Source of the DNA: a virus
Virus record (IMG/VR): IMGVR_UViG_3300042197_003251
Location: 17,018 to 81,017 of that record
Length of the DNA stretch: 64,000 nucleotides
Strand: one strand, 5' to 3'
The stretch's first letter is position 1; each line of letters opens with the position of its first letter. A model generated the notes under the pieces. It was not told the origin of the DNA, searched no databases, and saw only the letters and a list, made by a program, of their open reading frames with translations. This document shows positions 8,787 through 18,378 of the stretch, one piece after another. A program made the translations under genes and the position numbers.

Positions 8787-9640
8787 AAGCCTGAGATTAC
8801 AGCTTTTATTGAGTACCTTTAGAGTCATTATTTTTTCTACTCTTATCCACAAGATTTTGTCTTGTATTACTCATCGCCAATTGGTTAGGCCAATCAATCC
8901 TTGACGATACAACTACTCTCTTACTACTCAGCTCTCTTTGAGAATGCCTTCCCAATTAATCCTTGCGAGATTAGAGGTTTTTCGTAAAAATACAGTTCAA
9001 CTTGGGGTCTCACTATGCTCAGAACATCTCTAAGCTATGTGGGCGACTTCCGTTGTACCGTGATGGACACTTTTCCTTTAATTATTTGTAATAATTTAAG
9101 TTTTGTGTCGTGGATGTGTCAGAGTAGTGGTCCACCGTAAGCTCCGTCTCCTTTTGGGCGACAGAATACTAAACTACTCCGTGAAATATCCCTATTTCCA
9201 TACTCTCAGATTACTTCATAAAGTGACCTTGGTAGGTCATCCTTAGGGGTAGTAGCGACACCACTCGTTCTCTACCTTACCTTTCGGTTTTAAGTACCCT
9301 TTGGTATTGGGACCCGCAATTGTGTAGTTGGAGCTACATTTCTTGCTTGGTTCCTATGGGTTATTCTTGTTGGTGTTCCCACCTCAACCTGACAATCCAC
9401 TTTGCCAAGTCACCTGACCACTTTCCCTACAGTGTTACCCTCGGTACTAAAGGTCTTGCGATATCCCACTTGTGTACTTGAGTTCAAATCCCCTTTCGGG
9501 TTTTTAAACCGCAACCTCCTCAACACGGGGGAAGTCACTTTATCCTACTTTCGTAGTTTATTTAAAGACCATACACGGCCCATTATCGTTTATCAGTTAT
9601 CATTATCCCGAAGGACTACTTTCACTGAATGGATAATCTA
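8787..9640 (-). ncRNA. Large structured non-coding RNA (~850 nt), GOLLD-like
   Basis: No credible ORF; visibly GC-richer than flanks; minus-strand tetraloop hairpins GTCC-TTCG-GGAT (9605-9616), CTAC-GAAA-GTAG (9545-9556), CCC-GAAA-GGG (9491-9500), ACC-GAAA-GGT (9279-9288), AATCTC-GCAA-GGATT (8958-8972), plus stem TGACCT/AGGTCA (9224-9239); near a tRNA in a phage. Confidence 0.72.
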
Positions 9641-9642
9641 AC

Positions 9643-9670
9643 TTTCAAAGAACTTTTCGGACATTTCCGA
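9643..9670 (-). promoter_or_regulatory. boxB-like hairpin plus boxA-like antitermination leader
   Basis: TCGGA-aatg-TCCGA hairpin followed by GTTCTTTGAAA. Confidence 0.55.
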
Positions 9671-9675
9671 TTTCG

Positions 9676-9915
9676 TTTTACAAATTTAAGTCAAATTTTT
9701 CGTTCTGTCAAATTTTTCTTAAACTTTTTTTGAGATTTTGGATTTTTCATCGTTTATGAACCTTCATCTCAAATGTTTTACAAATTTACTATCTTTTCTT
9801 TCGTATGTCAAGTACTTTTGTAATTTTTTTTTAGATTTAACTTCCGAGTATCTTTCATTACCTTTAGGTGTCAAATCTTTTACAAATGTAAGTATAAATA
9901 TTGTCAGAACAAGCA
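9676..9915 (-). promoter_or_regulatory. Three tandem Bacteroidota sigma-70 promoters ~100 bp apart
   Basis: TAAATTTGTAAAAC (~9676-9688 and ~9776-9788), TACATTTGTAAAAG (~9877-9890); TTGACA upstream of the first two, TTG upstream of the third. Confidence 0.75.
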
Positions 9916-9918
9916 AAA

Positions 9919-10311
9919 TCAAAAAATTATTTTCAAAATAAATTTTTTTAAACTTTCAATCATATTAAGGTCTTCTATTTCTTTTCTTGTATAATAATTA
10001 CATTCTGTATGTTCATAACCATCCATTGCTTTATTTAAGTCAGGTTGGATTTTTGAATCTGTTTCAAATAAAAATATATGCATTATTTTTTTAACTCTAC
10101 CCTTTTTTAAATTTTTAATTCTTCCCAAATATTTTATCTTGTCCGTTATTTCCAAGTTTGTTTCTTCATAAAACTCTCTATATGCACATTCAAGTGGAGT
10201 TTCACCTTCTTCCATATGACCCATAGGAATTGCCCAAGAACCATCATCCGACCTTTGACAAATTAACAATTTGTTACCACTTTTTACGGCAATTCCCGCA
10301 GTTTCTTTCAT
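9919..10311 (-). CDS. NUDIX hydrolase
   Basis: Nudix box GHMEEGETPLECAYREFYEET; start moved to MKETAG. Confidence 0.92.
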   Translation of the reverse strand: MKETAGIAVKSGNKLLICQRSDDGSWAIPMGHMEEGETPLECAYREFYEETNLEITDKIKYLGRIKNLKKGRVKKIMHIFLFETDSKIQPDLNKAMDGYEHTECNYYTRKEIEDLNMIESLKKFILKIIF

Positions 10312-10322
10312 TTTTTTTCGTA

Positions 10323-10334
10323 TATTTATAAATA
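10323..10334. promoter_or_regulatory. Palindromic divergent phage promoter TATTTATAAATA
   Basis: Overlapping TATTTATA on both strands between the divergent Nudix and DUF192 starts. Confidence 0.55.
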
Positions 10335-10684
10335 TGTTTGTAAAAATAAATAACGACATTAATTTAAAAGTAAAAACTTGCATCTCCAAAAATGAAATAT
10401 CAAAAGGGATGATGAATAAAAGATTTAGGGATTTTGATGGAATGTTATTCTTTATGGGTCCTGATAGTCATTGTTTCTATATGAAAAATTGTATTATACC
10501 CCTTGATATTATTTTTATTGATTCAGATTTAACAATATTAAAAATTTTTGATAATTGTCCTCCATGTATGGAAGATGAATGTGAACATTATTGCGCCGAC
10601 GGCAAATATGTTTTGGAAGTCCCTGGTGGTTTTTGTGAAAAAAACAATATAACCGAAGGTGATATGTGTTCCATAGAATTTTAA
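10334..10684 (+). CDS. DUF192 family protein
   Basis: GMM...GMLF...FYMKNCIIPLDIIFID...YVLEVPGG. Confidence 0.9.
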   Translation: MFVKINNDINLKVKTCISKNEISKGMMNKRFRDFDGMLFFMGPDSHCFYMKNCIIPLDIIFIDSDLTILKIFDNCPPCMEDECEHYCADGKYVLEVPGGFCEKNNITEGDMCSIEF

Positions 10685-10708
10685 AATAAACTTTAAAAAT
10701 TAAATATT

Positions 10709-11281
10709 ATGAAAAAAACTTATTTTTTCTTATCTCTATTACTATTACCTGTCGCTTGGTTAATTTTGAATAGTTTTTCAAATAAAACAAAAACAATTAA
10801 TGAAGAACTTTATGAAATTGGGTCTAATGAAAATGCTCTGCCTTGTGAAAGAATGTATTATCTAATTGAAACTTATTCAGATAGTTTTTGTGTTCCAAGA
10901 TATATCGCATATAATGTGGCATATACTGAAACAAAATATAGAGGTCCCCTTGATACATTATATAACCCTTATCTTAAATCAAAAGCTGGAGCGATTGGGG
11001 CAATGCAAATTATGCCACAATATGCATCATACTTTGCCGGAAGAAATATCACCAAAAATGAATTGATGCATAACCTTGAAACAAATGTTTGGTTGTCCAT
11101 GAAAATACTTGCAATGCATTATGAAAAATATAATAGCTGGTCTCTTGCTTGCGGAACATATAATACAGGTAAACCTAAATTAAACAAGTATGCAAAGTTT
11201 TGTGGAAGTAATATTGAATTTGTTAATAAGTGGGTTAACCTTGATTCTTTGATGACTCAATCTTTTCTTGCAGAATTTTAA
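10709..11281 (+). CDS. Lytic transglycosylase (SLT domain) with N-terminal signal/TM
   Basis: catalytic ET, SKAGAIGAMQIMP, YNTG motifs. Confidence 0.88.
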   Translation: MKKTYFFLSLLLLPVAWLILNSFSNKTKTINEELYEIGSNENALPCERMYYLIETYSDSFCVPRYIAYNVAYTETKYRGPLDTLYNPYLKSKAGAIGAMQIMPQYASYFAGRNITKNELMHNLETNVWLSMKILAMHYEKYNSWSLACGTYNTGKPKLNKYAKFCGSNIEFVNKWVNLDSLMTQSFLAEF

Positions 11282-12647
11282 CAAATTCATTTTGCAACAT
11301 CTTTAAAAACTTGATGTATGCGGCATCTTCTTTTTCGGGGTCATATTTGTATTTTCCTTGTGGTGGTCTTTTTGCTCTTCCAAAGAAATTAAGACCAGAT
11401 ATATTGGTTATACACTTATGACCTCCACTATTTGCTTGAATAATGTCCCAAGCCGGTACTGAAATTTTATCAAGAGCTTCCCATTCATTTTCATCCAATT
11501 TTTCAGATGGTTTTTCCATTAAGTTTTTAATCTCAAGAAGATATTTTGTCCCATTTTCCATATCCAAAAATTTTTCTCCATAAATGGCGGCAAAATCTTT
11601 AAATGTGAACCCGACTGAATCTTCACCTATGCTTCCTTCTGAAACCCATTTTATTGTTGATAATGGAACTTTTCTATCTTTTAATTGACCTTCCCATTTT
11701 GATAATACTTCTTGAGCAATATCACCAAGATTAACTCCCTTTAATTCCCTTTCTTTTTTAAATGGATTACACGATGCTTGTAGAAGCCCTAATGGCCATG
11801 CAATAACAAGAAAATCTGCTTCAGGGTTGTTTCTAAATGGTGTATATCTATCATAAGAACCTGGTTTTATCATACTACCTCCACCATATTGAACTATAAT
11901 ATTGTCCTGAACGCTGGGGTATGATTTCATTCTTTCAACATAATCTTCTTTGTTTTTTTCAAGTGATTGTAAATTAGCATAACCTTTTTCTTCCATTATT
12001 TCCTTAATCTTTAAAAATAAATTAAGGAGTGAAGGTTTTGACTCCATAACAAGTCTCTCAAGAAACTGAGGTTTGTTTTTAAATGCCAGTAATAATTTAT
12101 TGGTAACTAAACCAAGCATCATTCTATTTTTTCTTGCCGATATGTCTTTGTCAAACTTATAAACATAATTCATCACAATCTCAGGTGTAATTTCATTTTT
12201 GGCAAAATCGGCGCTGTCAACCATTGAAATTGTTGCAACGTCTTCTGGCGTAAAAATTTCACTAGGTGAAACTATTTGGGATATGGTTTCAACGTTTGAC
12301 CTAGCTTGTCTGAAACTAGTAGTTTGGGTTTCTTCAGCGCCTGCCTGTCTATCGTGGTGGTCCAAGTGAATTTGAAACATTGGTTTTCCGTGAGCAAAAT
12401 CACATAAACAATAAAGAATTTTTTCGTTGGGGTCTGATTTTTTAAGTGACCATTCTTTATCCCCGTATTGTATAACTTGAGCTCCTATTACTTTAAATCC
12501 ATATTTTTCAAAGTAACTTTTCATTCCCAACCCACTGACCACTCCATCCAAATCTTGGTGAAACACAATCATTACCTTATCAAACTCTTCTCGTAGTTTA
12601 TTAATATTTTTAAGTCCTGATTCTTTAATTAGCATTTTCAATTTCAT
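11235..12647 (-). CDS. DHH-family phosphoesterase
   Basis: HQDLDG, CDF, LDHH, SGGH motifs. Confidence 0.82.
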   Translation of the reverse strand: MKLKMLIKESGLKNINKLREEFDKVMIVFHQDLDGVVSGLGMKSYFEKYGFKVIGAQVIQYGDKEWSLKKSDPNEKILYCLCDFAHGKPMFQIHLDHHDRQAGAEETQTTSFRQARSNVETISQIVSPSEIFTPEDVATISMVDSADFAKNEITPEIVMNYVYKFDKDISARKNRMMLGLVTNKLLLAFKNKPQFLERLVMESKPSLLNLFLKIKEIMEEKGYANLQSLEKNKEDYVERMKSYPSVQDNIIVQYGGGSMIKPGSYDRYTPFRNNPEADFLVIAWPLGLLQASCNPFKKERELKGVNLGDIAQEVLSKWEGQLKDRKVPLSTIKWVSEGSIGEDSVGFTFKDFAAIYGEKFLDMENGTKYLLEIKNLMEKPSEKLDENEWEALDKISVPAWDIIQANSGGHKCITNISGLNFFGRAKRPPQGKYKYDPEKEDAAYIKFLKMLQNEFVKILQEKIESSKNQG

Positions 12648-13389
12648 TAATTTTTAAAGAGCATTTTATTCCTTTCTTTAGATTTTCTTTTGCCGGAATT
12701 ACTTCCAAATTTTTAACCCCACCAATTAATTCAGGAGATATGTTATTTTTAAACCCTTCATAAATTGAGAATTTGTGGTCCAAATGGAAATTTTTACCTC
12801 TTCTATATCTATTTGGATTTATCTCATTTCTGTTTTTTATATAGTTTTTTTCGGAATAATACCAAACAAGAAAATAATACCGTTCCCACCCTTCCTTATT
12901 CTTAATAGAATTTTCTAATTTATTATTCTCGTAACATACTCTACATCTTTTACCTTTATTCCAATTGTTCCAAGTTGTGGTCAAATTGTGGTTTTTATTG
13001 CAAATAATATTCATTTTAAACTGCGATTTATTATTTGCAGAATTATATTCATCTTCCGTTGTTAGTAATTTATATCCAGAATCAACTATAGACTTTTCAA
13101 AAAAATTAAAAGGAATAAAATTATTTTTTACTTTATATTCAGAATATCGGCTCCTACAAGACCTACACATTTGTTTATCTAATGTATTAAGATATGTGTT
13201 ATGATTAAAAAAAACTTTTGATTTTGTAGTTTCTAGTTTACAAGAATTACATTCATCACAGTAATATCTGACCGTCCATCCTGTTTTTTTTTCTGAAACC
13301 ATTTTTTCAATAGAAACTAGTTCATAGTTTGAGGTCGTTTTAACCCCATTAATCATAGTAAATTTAGGTTTCCAAATAGAGTGAATCAT
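12625..13389 (-). CDS. Zn-binding HNH-like homing endonuclease
   Basis: Several CxxC pairs, ICNKNH...WNKGKRCRVC, HLDHKFS...NL...ENLKKG. Confidence 0.75.
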   Translation of the reverse strand: MIHSIWKPKFTMINGVKTTSNYELVSIEKMVSEKKTGWTVRYYCDECNSCKLETTKSKVFFNHNTYLNTLDKQMCRSCRSRYSEYKVKNNFIPFNFFEKSIVDSGYKLLTTEDEYNSANNKSQFKMNIICNKNHNLTTTWNNWNKGKRCRVCYENNKLENSIKNKEGWERYYFLVWYYSEKNYIKNRNEINPNRYRRGKNFHLDHKFSIYEGFKNNISPELIGGVKNLEVIPAKENLKKGIKCSLKINEIENAN

Positions 13390-13390
13390 T

Positions 13391-13762
13391 CTATTCTAGT
13401 GTCAAAAGATATTTCAATTTATTAAATCCATGCAACATCTCATCTCTTAAATTTAATAAATCTGAATCTTCCTGTTGGTCAAAAATTTCTGTAAACGAAA
13501 TTAAAAATAGACAAACACCATCCACAAAATTTTGAACTGATATTTCAGATATGTCTTGTCCCTGTATTGTATATCCCCCTTGATAAGATGGTCTACCGTG
13601 TTTACCCATACAAGCTTCTACAAAATCATCAATAAGTTCATCTAAGTCTCCATATAGATTTCCATAAGCTTGGTGTTTAGCGTATGATTTGGTTTGCCAG
13701 TGTAAGAATTTTAATTGTATTTGCAATTCTACGAGTCTTTTAATAATTTCTGAGTGATTCAT
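13391..13762 (-). CDS. Ferritin/Dps-like four-helix bundle protein (DUF5856-like)
   Basis: LHWQT..YAKHQA....Y..LDELIDDFVE...LLNLRDEM....KLKYLL. Confidence 0.82.
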   Translation of the reverse strand: MNHSEIIKRLVELQIQLKFLHWQTKSYAKHQAYGNLYGDLDELIDDFVEACMGKHGRPSYQGGYTIQGQDISEISVQNFVDGVCLFLISFTEIFDQQEDSDLLNLRDEMLHGFNKLKYLLTLE

Positions 13763-13838
13763 ACTTTTTTTTAATAAATATTAAATATTTTTGTTTGAGT
13801 GATTTTTTTTTGTATATTTGTACTCTAAATTAAAAAAA

Positions 13839-14384
13839 ATGAAAAAACTCACTTTCTTCTTTGTTTTTTTGTCCACACTTTGTTTTTCTCAAACAACTAA
13901 ACCTGTAAAAACTTTTCCAGTTGTTGAGAAGGCGGTTTTTGAATCAATTAATAAATATAGAGAAGAGAAAGGTCTTAAAAAAGTTATTTGGTGTGAAAAA
14001 GCCTATCAAGCTGCCTACCATCACTCTTATTATCTTTCAGATATGAAGAAGATTCCCAAAATTATACATGAGGAAACAGTTGATGTAGAAAATTTTGAGG
14101 AATTAGTTTATTTAGGTGATAGATTGAGAAAATATATTTCACATGGTGGTTCTCCATATGGAGTAGAAAATATCATTACAAATAATTTTAACGATTGGTG
14201 GTTTCAAAGAAAGGATATAGACCCTATTGAGACTTATATTAGATGTATCTTCGGTAATTGGAAAAATTCTCCTGGCCATAATGAAAGTATGCTAGACAAA
14301 AGAGTAACCCACGGGGCAATTGCCATTGTTCGGGAATTAGATGGTTCTTATTGTAGGGTTGTTATGGTTTTTTATAAATATTAA
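13839..14384 (+). CDS. Secreted CAP (SCP/Tpx/PR-1) domain protein
   Basis: Signal peptide; INKYR..KGL, HS.YL, ENI, WKNSPGHNESML. Confidence 0.85.
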   Translation: MKKLTFFFVFLSTLCFSQTTKPVKTFPVVEKAVFESINKYREEKGLKKVIWCEKAYQAAYHHSYYLSDMKKIPKIIHEETVDVENFEELVYLGDRLRKYISHGGSPYGVENIITNNFNDWWFQRKDIDPIETYIRCIFGNWKNSPGHNESMLDKRVTHGAIAIVRELDGSYCRVVMVFYKY

Positions 14385-14409
14385 AAGGGGATAAACCCCC
14401 TTTTTTTTT
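14383..14409. terminator. Bidirectional terminator
   Basis: AAAAGGGG-ataaac-CCCCTTTT plus T run between convergent genes. Confidence 0.7.
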
Positions 14410-15535
14410 ATTGTTGTGCGTAGGTAGTTCCCCAATTTGTAATAATTTGTTGGTACATATCTTCACCAACCTCTTTTCCAGGTATGCTCCAATCAGTTCC
14501 TTCTCTACCTTCTCTATATCTGTAAGAATAATTTGGCCATTTATCATAAAAAGCCTGACAATTTTCTTTATCTTTTCCTGAAGTTTCATACTGAAAACAT
14601 TTCATTGCGCCACCTGCAAATTCTCCAGTTCCAAGTTCAGCTTGACTTCCAGTCCAAACAATTCCTCTTTTGGTATCCGATGGAGGTATAGGAATCCATC
14701 TTGTGGTTCCTTTAACAACATTATCACCATTATTAGAATAATACAAAGCCTTCCAACCATTATTTGGGCACATATATACACCGTTCGTTTGAGTGTAAAA
14801 TCCACTAACACAAAACTCAACAAATCCTATATTAGGGAGATTACCTATCGGTAATACTCTATATGGTTGGAATGATATATCTCTTCTTGTCTCAATATTT
14901 ACATCACCTTTTGCACTTATTCTTATTTTTACAAATTGATAAGGTTGATATTGGGGTTCGGTGCTTTTATTTGTACCAGGAATATATTCAGGTCCTTGAT
15001 GAGCCCCTGTTATATCTTCAGAGTATTTTACTTGAGATTGTAATTCAGGGTCCAAAATGGTATCTAAATATGTTTTTATCACATTATTTCCTGTGTTTGC
15101 TCTTTTTTTAGCCAATTCAGTATTAAAAGTTTTTCTTTCTTCATCTGTTTTTCCAGGACCTGATTTAGAACTCCCTGCAATTACTGTTACTGAAATCTCA
15201 GCACCCAAAAAATCCGTACCATCAAACCAATTTTTAATTTTAGTTTCATCTTCTTCTGAAAGTTTGACGTATTTATCTTCGAATTTACCAGGGTCAAACT
15301 CAACATTAAGATTTACTAATAAATCTGGTTTTTTTACTTTTTTTACTGATAATATTTTACCATCCTCAGTCATTGATTCTCCAGGTTGGAGTTTTGGTGG
15401 CTCGTGTTTTTCCAATAAAACTTTTCGGATTTTATTTTCTAAAGTCTCAAAATAATTATTTTCATTTCTAACACTTTCATGAAGTGTTAATATTTGACTT
15501 TTTTCTGATTCTGAAATATATGTTCTGTTATTCAT
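14408..15535 (-). CDS. Phage protein with divergent OmpA-C-like domain
   Basis: VEFDPGK...AGSS...NTELAKKRA; leader YISESEKSQILTLHE. Confidence 0.5.
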   Translation of the reverse strand: MNNRTYISESEKSQILTLHESVRNENNYFETLENKIRKVLLEKHEPPKLQPGESMTEDGKILSVKKVKKPDLLVNLNVEFDPGKFEDKYVKLSEEDETKIKNWFDGTDFLGAEISVTVIAGSSKSGPGKTDEERKTFNTELAKKRANTGNNVIKTYLDTILDPELQSQVKYSEDITGAHQGPEYIPGTNKSTEPQYQPYQFVKIRISAKGDVNIETRRDISFQPYRVLPIGNLPNIGFVEFCVSGFYTQTNGVYMCPNNGWKALYYSNNGDNVVKGTTRWIPIPPSDTKRGIVWTGSQAELGTGEFAGGAMKCFQYETSGKDKENCQAFYDKWPNYSYRYREGREGTDWSIPGKEVGEDMYQQIITNWGTTYAQQ

Positions 15536-15544
15536 AACTTTTTA

Positions 15545-16090
15545 TTATTTTGGTAATTGAAAATTAACTTTAACCCACTGGTCCTGTAAATACTTTGGGT
15601 CATCTGGATTTCCTTCGTATGGTATTTTTCCCTCCTCATATCTACCAGAAAATCCAGTAAAATTACTATCATCAATTAAATTATTTCTTTCGAGTTCCGA
15701 TTTTATATAATCTCTAATGTTACTCAATCTTTTTTTTGCATAACCCCATCTATCAACACCTTTAGCCGCAGGAATTAATGATTCAGAAGCAACAGTACCG
15801 AAACCCATAATTTTTTTATTTTTACTTTTTAAGTAATTTATAATACCCTTTACAAATTCATCAAACTCATTTTTGTTAGTTATTGAATTCACATCGGTTT
15901 TACCCTTTTCAAAAAAAAATTGGTTTTTCAAATTAGGTAAAACTTCGTGGTGCGTTTTTGTGAATTGTTGACTCATACTCACTTCAGCTTCTGGTTCAGT
16001 TCCCTCAACCTCGAAAAGATAATTTCTTTTAGTTGCATTTATATGCATTTTAAGTATTCTTTCTCTTTCCTCATTCAAGATTTTGAGCAT
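15545..16090 (-). CDS. Phage protein with divergent OmpA-C-like domain, paralog of the neighbour
   Basis: FFFEKGKTDV...ASES...YAKKRL; ends PKY..QWVKV like PQY..QFVKI in the neighbour; leader ILNEERERILKMH. Confidence 0.5.
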   Translation of the reverse strand: MLKILNEERERILKMHINATKRNYLFEVEGTEPEAEVSMSQQFTKTHHEVLPNLKNQFFFEKGKTDVNSITNKNEFDEFVKGIINYLKSKNKKIMGFGTVASESLIPAAKGVDRWGYAKKRLSNIRDYIKSELERNNLIDDSNFTGFSGRYEEGKIPYEGNPDDPKYLQDQWVKVNFQLPK

Positions 16091-16135
16091 AATCTAATTT
16101 TATAATATAAATACTTTATATAATAAAAAAGGAGG

Positions 16136-17005
16136 TCATTGACCCCCATTTTCAAATACTATTTCTTGTTGTTTCTTTTTATCCACAAAGGCTTGTATTC
16201 TTTCCCTAGCAATTTCTGTGTAGTTTGGACTGAGTTCAATTCCAATCCATCTTCTTTCTAATATCTCGGCAGCAACACAACTTGTTCCACTTCCATTGAA
16301 TGGGTCAAGAATAACGTCATTTTTATAACTCAATATCTTAATCGCCTTTGTTGGAATATCCATACTAAAAGTTGCCTTGGTTAGTGGTCTACTATCATTA
16401 AGATATTTCCACTGCCCAAATACCAGTTCCATAAATTCTTTCTTGTCTTCTTCCTGATAAACTACTTTGGTTTTAAATGTTCCATCCTCCTGTTCTACTT
16501 GTGTTGGAACTCCTTTCCATTGCGGTTCACCTTTAACTTTTTTGATGTGGTGTTTTTTGTATGCAAGAATTACACATTCCTTTGGGTTATAAATATAAGG
16601 GCTAGACGGACTCATCCACGAACCCCAAGCCGTTGTCTTACTTCTATGGGGACTATCTTCTTCCAAATCCACAATACCAAAGAATTTGAAACCAATTTGT
16701 TTCATTACCTGATAAACTTCGGAAACCAAAAATATTCTTCCACCTTTTTCTTGTCTATTAATCTCGTAAGGAATGTTTAATGCGATACGACCATCATCTT
16801 TTAAAACTCTAAAGGCTTGAGTCATCCAATTACGAGTGAAGTCCAAGTATTGGTCTATCTCCATATCATCATCATGAACATCGTATTTAATATTAACTCC
16901 ATAAGGTGGTGATGTGACAATCAAATCAATAAATGAATTGGGCATTTCCTTCATTACCTCAATGCAGTTACCATTGAGTATTTTACCTACGTAATTTTCA
17001 ATCAT
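16136..17005 (-). CDS. DNA methyltransferase, N4-C/N6-A beta class
   Basis: VTSPPY motif IV before ILDPFNGSGTS motif I. Confidence 0.95.
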   Translation of the reverse strand: MIENYVGKILNGNCIEVMKEMPNSFIDLIVTSPPYGVNIKYDVHDDDMEIDQYLDFTRNWMTQAFRVLKDDGRIALNIPYEINRQEKGGRIFLVSEVYQVMKQIGFKFFGIVDLEEDSPHRSKTTAWGSWMSPSSPYIYNPKECVILAYKKHHIKKVKGEPQWKGVPTQVEQEDGTFKTKVVYQEEDKKEFMELVFGQWKYLNDSRPLTKATFSMDIPTKAIKILSYKNDVILDPFNGSGTSCVAAEILERRWIGIELSPNYTEIARERIQAFVDKKKQQEIVFENGGQ

Positions 17006-17232
17006 TTTTTTTCTAAATTTTGTATTTTTCTATCAAGGTACCATGCCGCTTTTTTTAAATCCTGTAATTCTTTATCGGCATCTTTCTTACCCGCTCTTGC
17101 AACATACTTAACCACATTGAATAAGTATGCGTCTTTATCTAATGACCAAGCCTCGCATACCTTAACGACCTCGTAAACATTCTCCTCTCCGCCATAATGG
17201 TCAGGATGATTTACCATTTCTTTATTTTGCAT
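17002..17232 (-). CDS. DUF3310 protein
   Basis: VNHPDHY...NVVKYVARAGKK...QDLKKAAWYL. Confidence 0.9.
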   Translation of the reverse strand: MQNKEMVNHPDHYGGEENVYEVVKVCEAWSLDKDAYLFNVVKYVARAGKKDADKELQDLKKAAWYLDRKIQNLEKK

Positions 17233-17299
17233 AATTTTAAAATTTTAAAAGTAAGTGATGTGCTTTTGGACTCATTTACACCATAATTAACTTTGGCTT

Positions 17300-17479
17300 T
17301 CACTTACTTTTTTGTACGTAATACCCACTTTCTTTTTCAACAATTAGTTCATCTTCAATCATTTCATTTAAGATTTCTTTGGTTTGAAACAGAGTTAATT
17401 TTGTTATGTTCTCTGAAATAAAAGAAATGTGAAGAGGACTTCTTAATTTAGCTAATAGGGTTTGTTTTAAGGAATTCAT
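17300..17479 (-). CDS. Small winged-helix-like protein (59 aa, not in ORF track)
   Basis: MNSLKQTLLAKLRSPLHISFI...ILNEMIEDELIVEKESGYY; overlaps upstream gene. Confidence 0.6.
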   Translation of the reverse strand: MNSLKQTLLAKLRSPLHISFISENITKLTLFQTKEILNEMIEDELIVEKESGYYVQKSK

Positions 17480-17615
17480 CTTTTAAAGTTTCAAATTCTT
17501 TTTCTACTTCTTCGTCTGAAAAATTTATTGATTCAGCTCTCAAATATAATTCAATTATCGCGGGATGTGATTTTAATTCCTCAATAACTGCTTTATTTAC
17601 CAATTTTTTATTCAT
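17448..17615 (-). CDS. Small hypothetical protein (55 aa, not in ORF track)
   Basis: MNKKLVNKAVIEELKSHP...; fills the operon gap with overlapping start/stop. Confidence 0.55.
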   Translation of the reverse strand: MNKKLVNKAVIEELKSHPAIIELYLRAESINFSDEEVEKEFETLKDEFLKTNPIS

Positions 17616-18378
17616 TATTTTGTTTTTTTAAATTTTCAATTGTTTTTCTTTGTATTAAATAACTCAATACTTTTCTTTTTGATGCGGGTATTAACGAAGC
17701 TTCAAAAGGAAAATCATAAGTTGCCGTTATAAGAAAAACTGGTAATTTTTTTCTTCCATCGTGAAGTTCTATCAATGTATTAATATCGTCCAAATTTTCG
17801 GGAATGTCAAGTTTTGTCAAATTCATTTTTGTGTCAATTGTCAACCTGTCCCTTTTTTCAATATCATATATCCATAAATGATTTTCTTTTCCTTTTTTCA
17901 TATGGATAAAACCTGAATTAAGATTGAAATTCTTTTCGTTCTTGGTAATTTGAACTGATATTGAATCGTAAATAATTGTATAGACTGATTTTACGATGTT
18001 GAAATAATTTAATATTTTTTGTCCAGCAAATTTAACTATCTCATTAAATTCATCAAACTCTTTTTCTGATTTTATCTCTAAAGGTTTATATTTTAATTCT
18101 GATATCAAAATTTCATCATCAATATTTTGAAATACTTTGGTAAAGTATAAAGATTTAAATTCATTTGATATTGATTGAAGATTTGCCAAATGAAGTGAAA
18201 TTTCTGTGTATATTGGGTAAATTTCAAACTTCTCTATCTTTTTGTCGGCGTATTGAAGAAAATCATAAAGAAGGTATTGTTTATGCTCAAAATCAATTGG
18301 TTCGGATAAAATCCAATTTGTTTCAAGTTTAAACATTGGTTTTTCTTTCTTTTTTCTATTTTTTTCAGTTGTCACCAT
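17608..18378 (-). CDS. Phage hypothetical protein
   Basis: 256-aa ORF, translationally coupled. Confidence 0.8.
   Translation of the reverse strand: MVTTEKNRKKKEKPMFKLETNWILSEPIDFEHKQYLLYDFLQYADKKIEKFEIYPIYTEISLHLANLQSISNEFKSLYFTKVFQNIDDEILISELKYKPLEIKSEKEFDEFNEIVKFAGQKILNYFNIVKSVYTIIYDSISVQITKNEKNFNLNSGFIHMKKGKENHLWIYDIEKRDRLTIDTKMNLTKLDIPENLDDINTLIELHDGRKKLPVFLITATYDFPFEASLIPASKRKVLSYLIQRKTIENLKKQNNE

Noticed and set aside
8787-9640. rRNA fragment, tmRNA, RNase P or group I/II intron as the identity of the long RNA
   Set aside because: I found no universal rRNA motifs, tRNA-like tmRNA ends, RNase P P4 signature, or interrupted host gene; cmscan is still needed to exclude these formally
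9402-9641. 79-aa plus-strand ORF (and 9738-9941)
   Set aside because: Antisense to the structured RNA and its promoters, TTG start, no protein-like features
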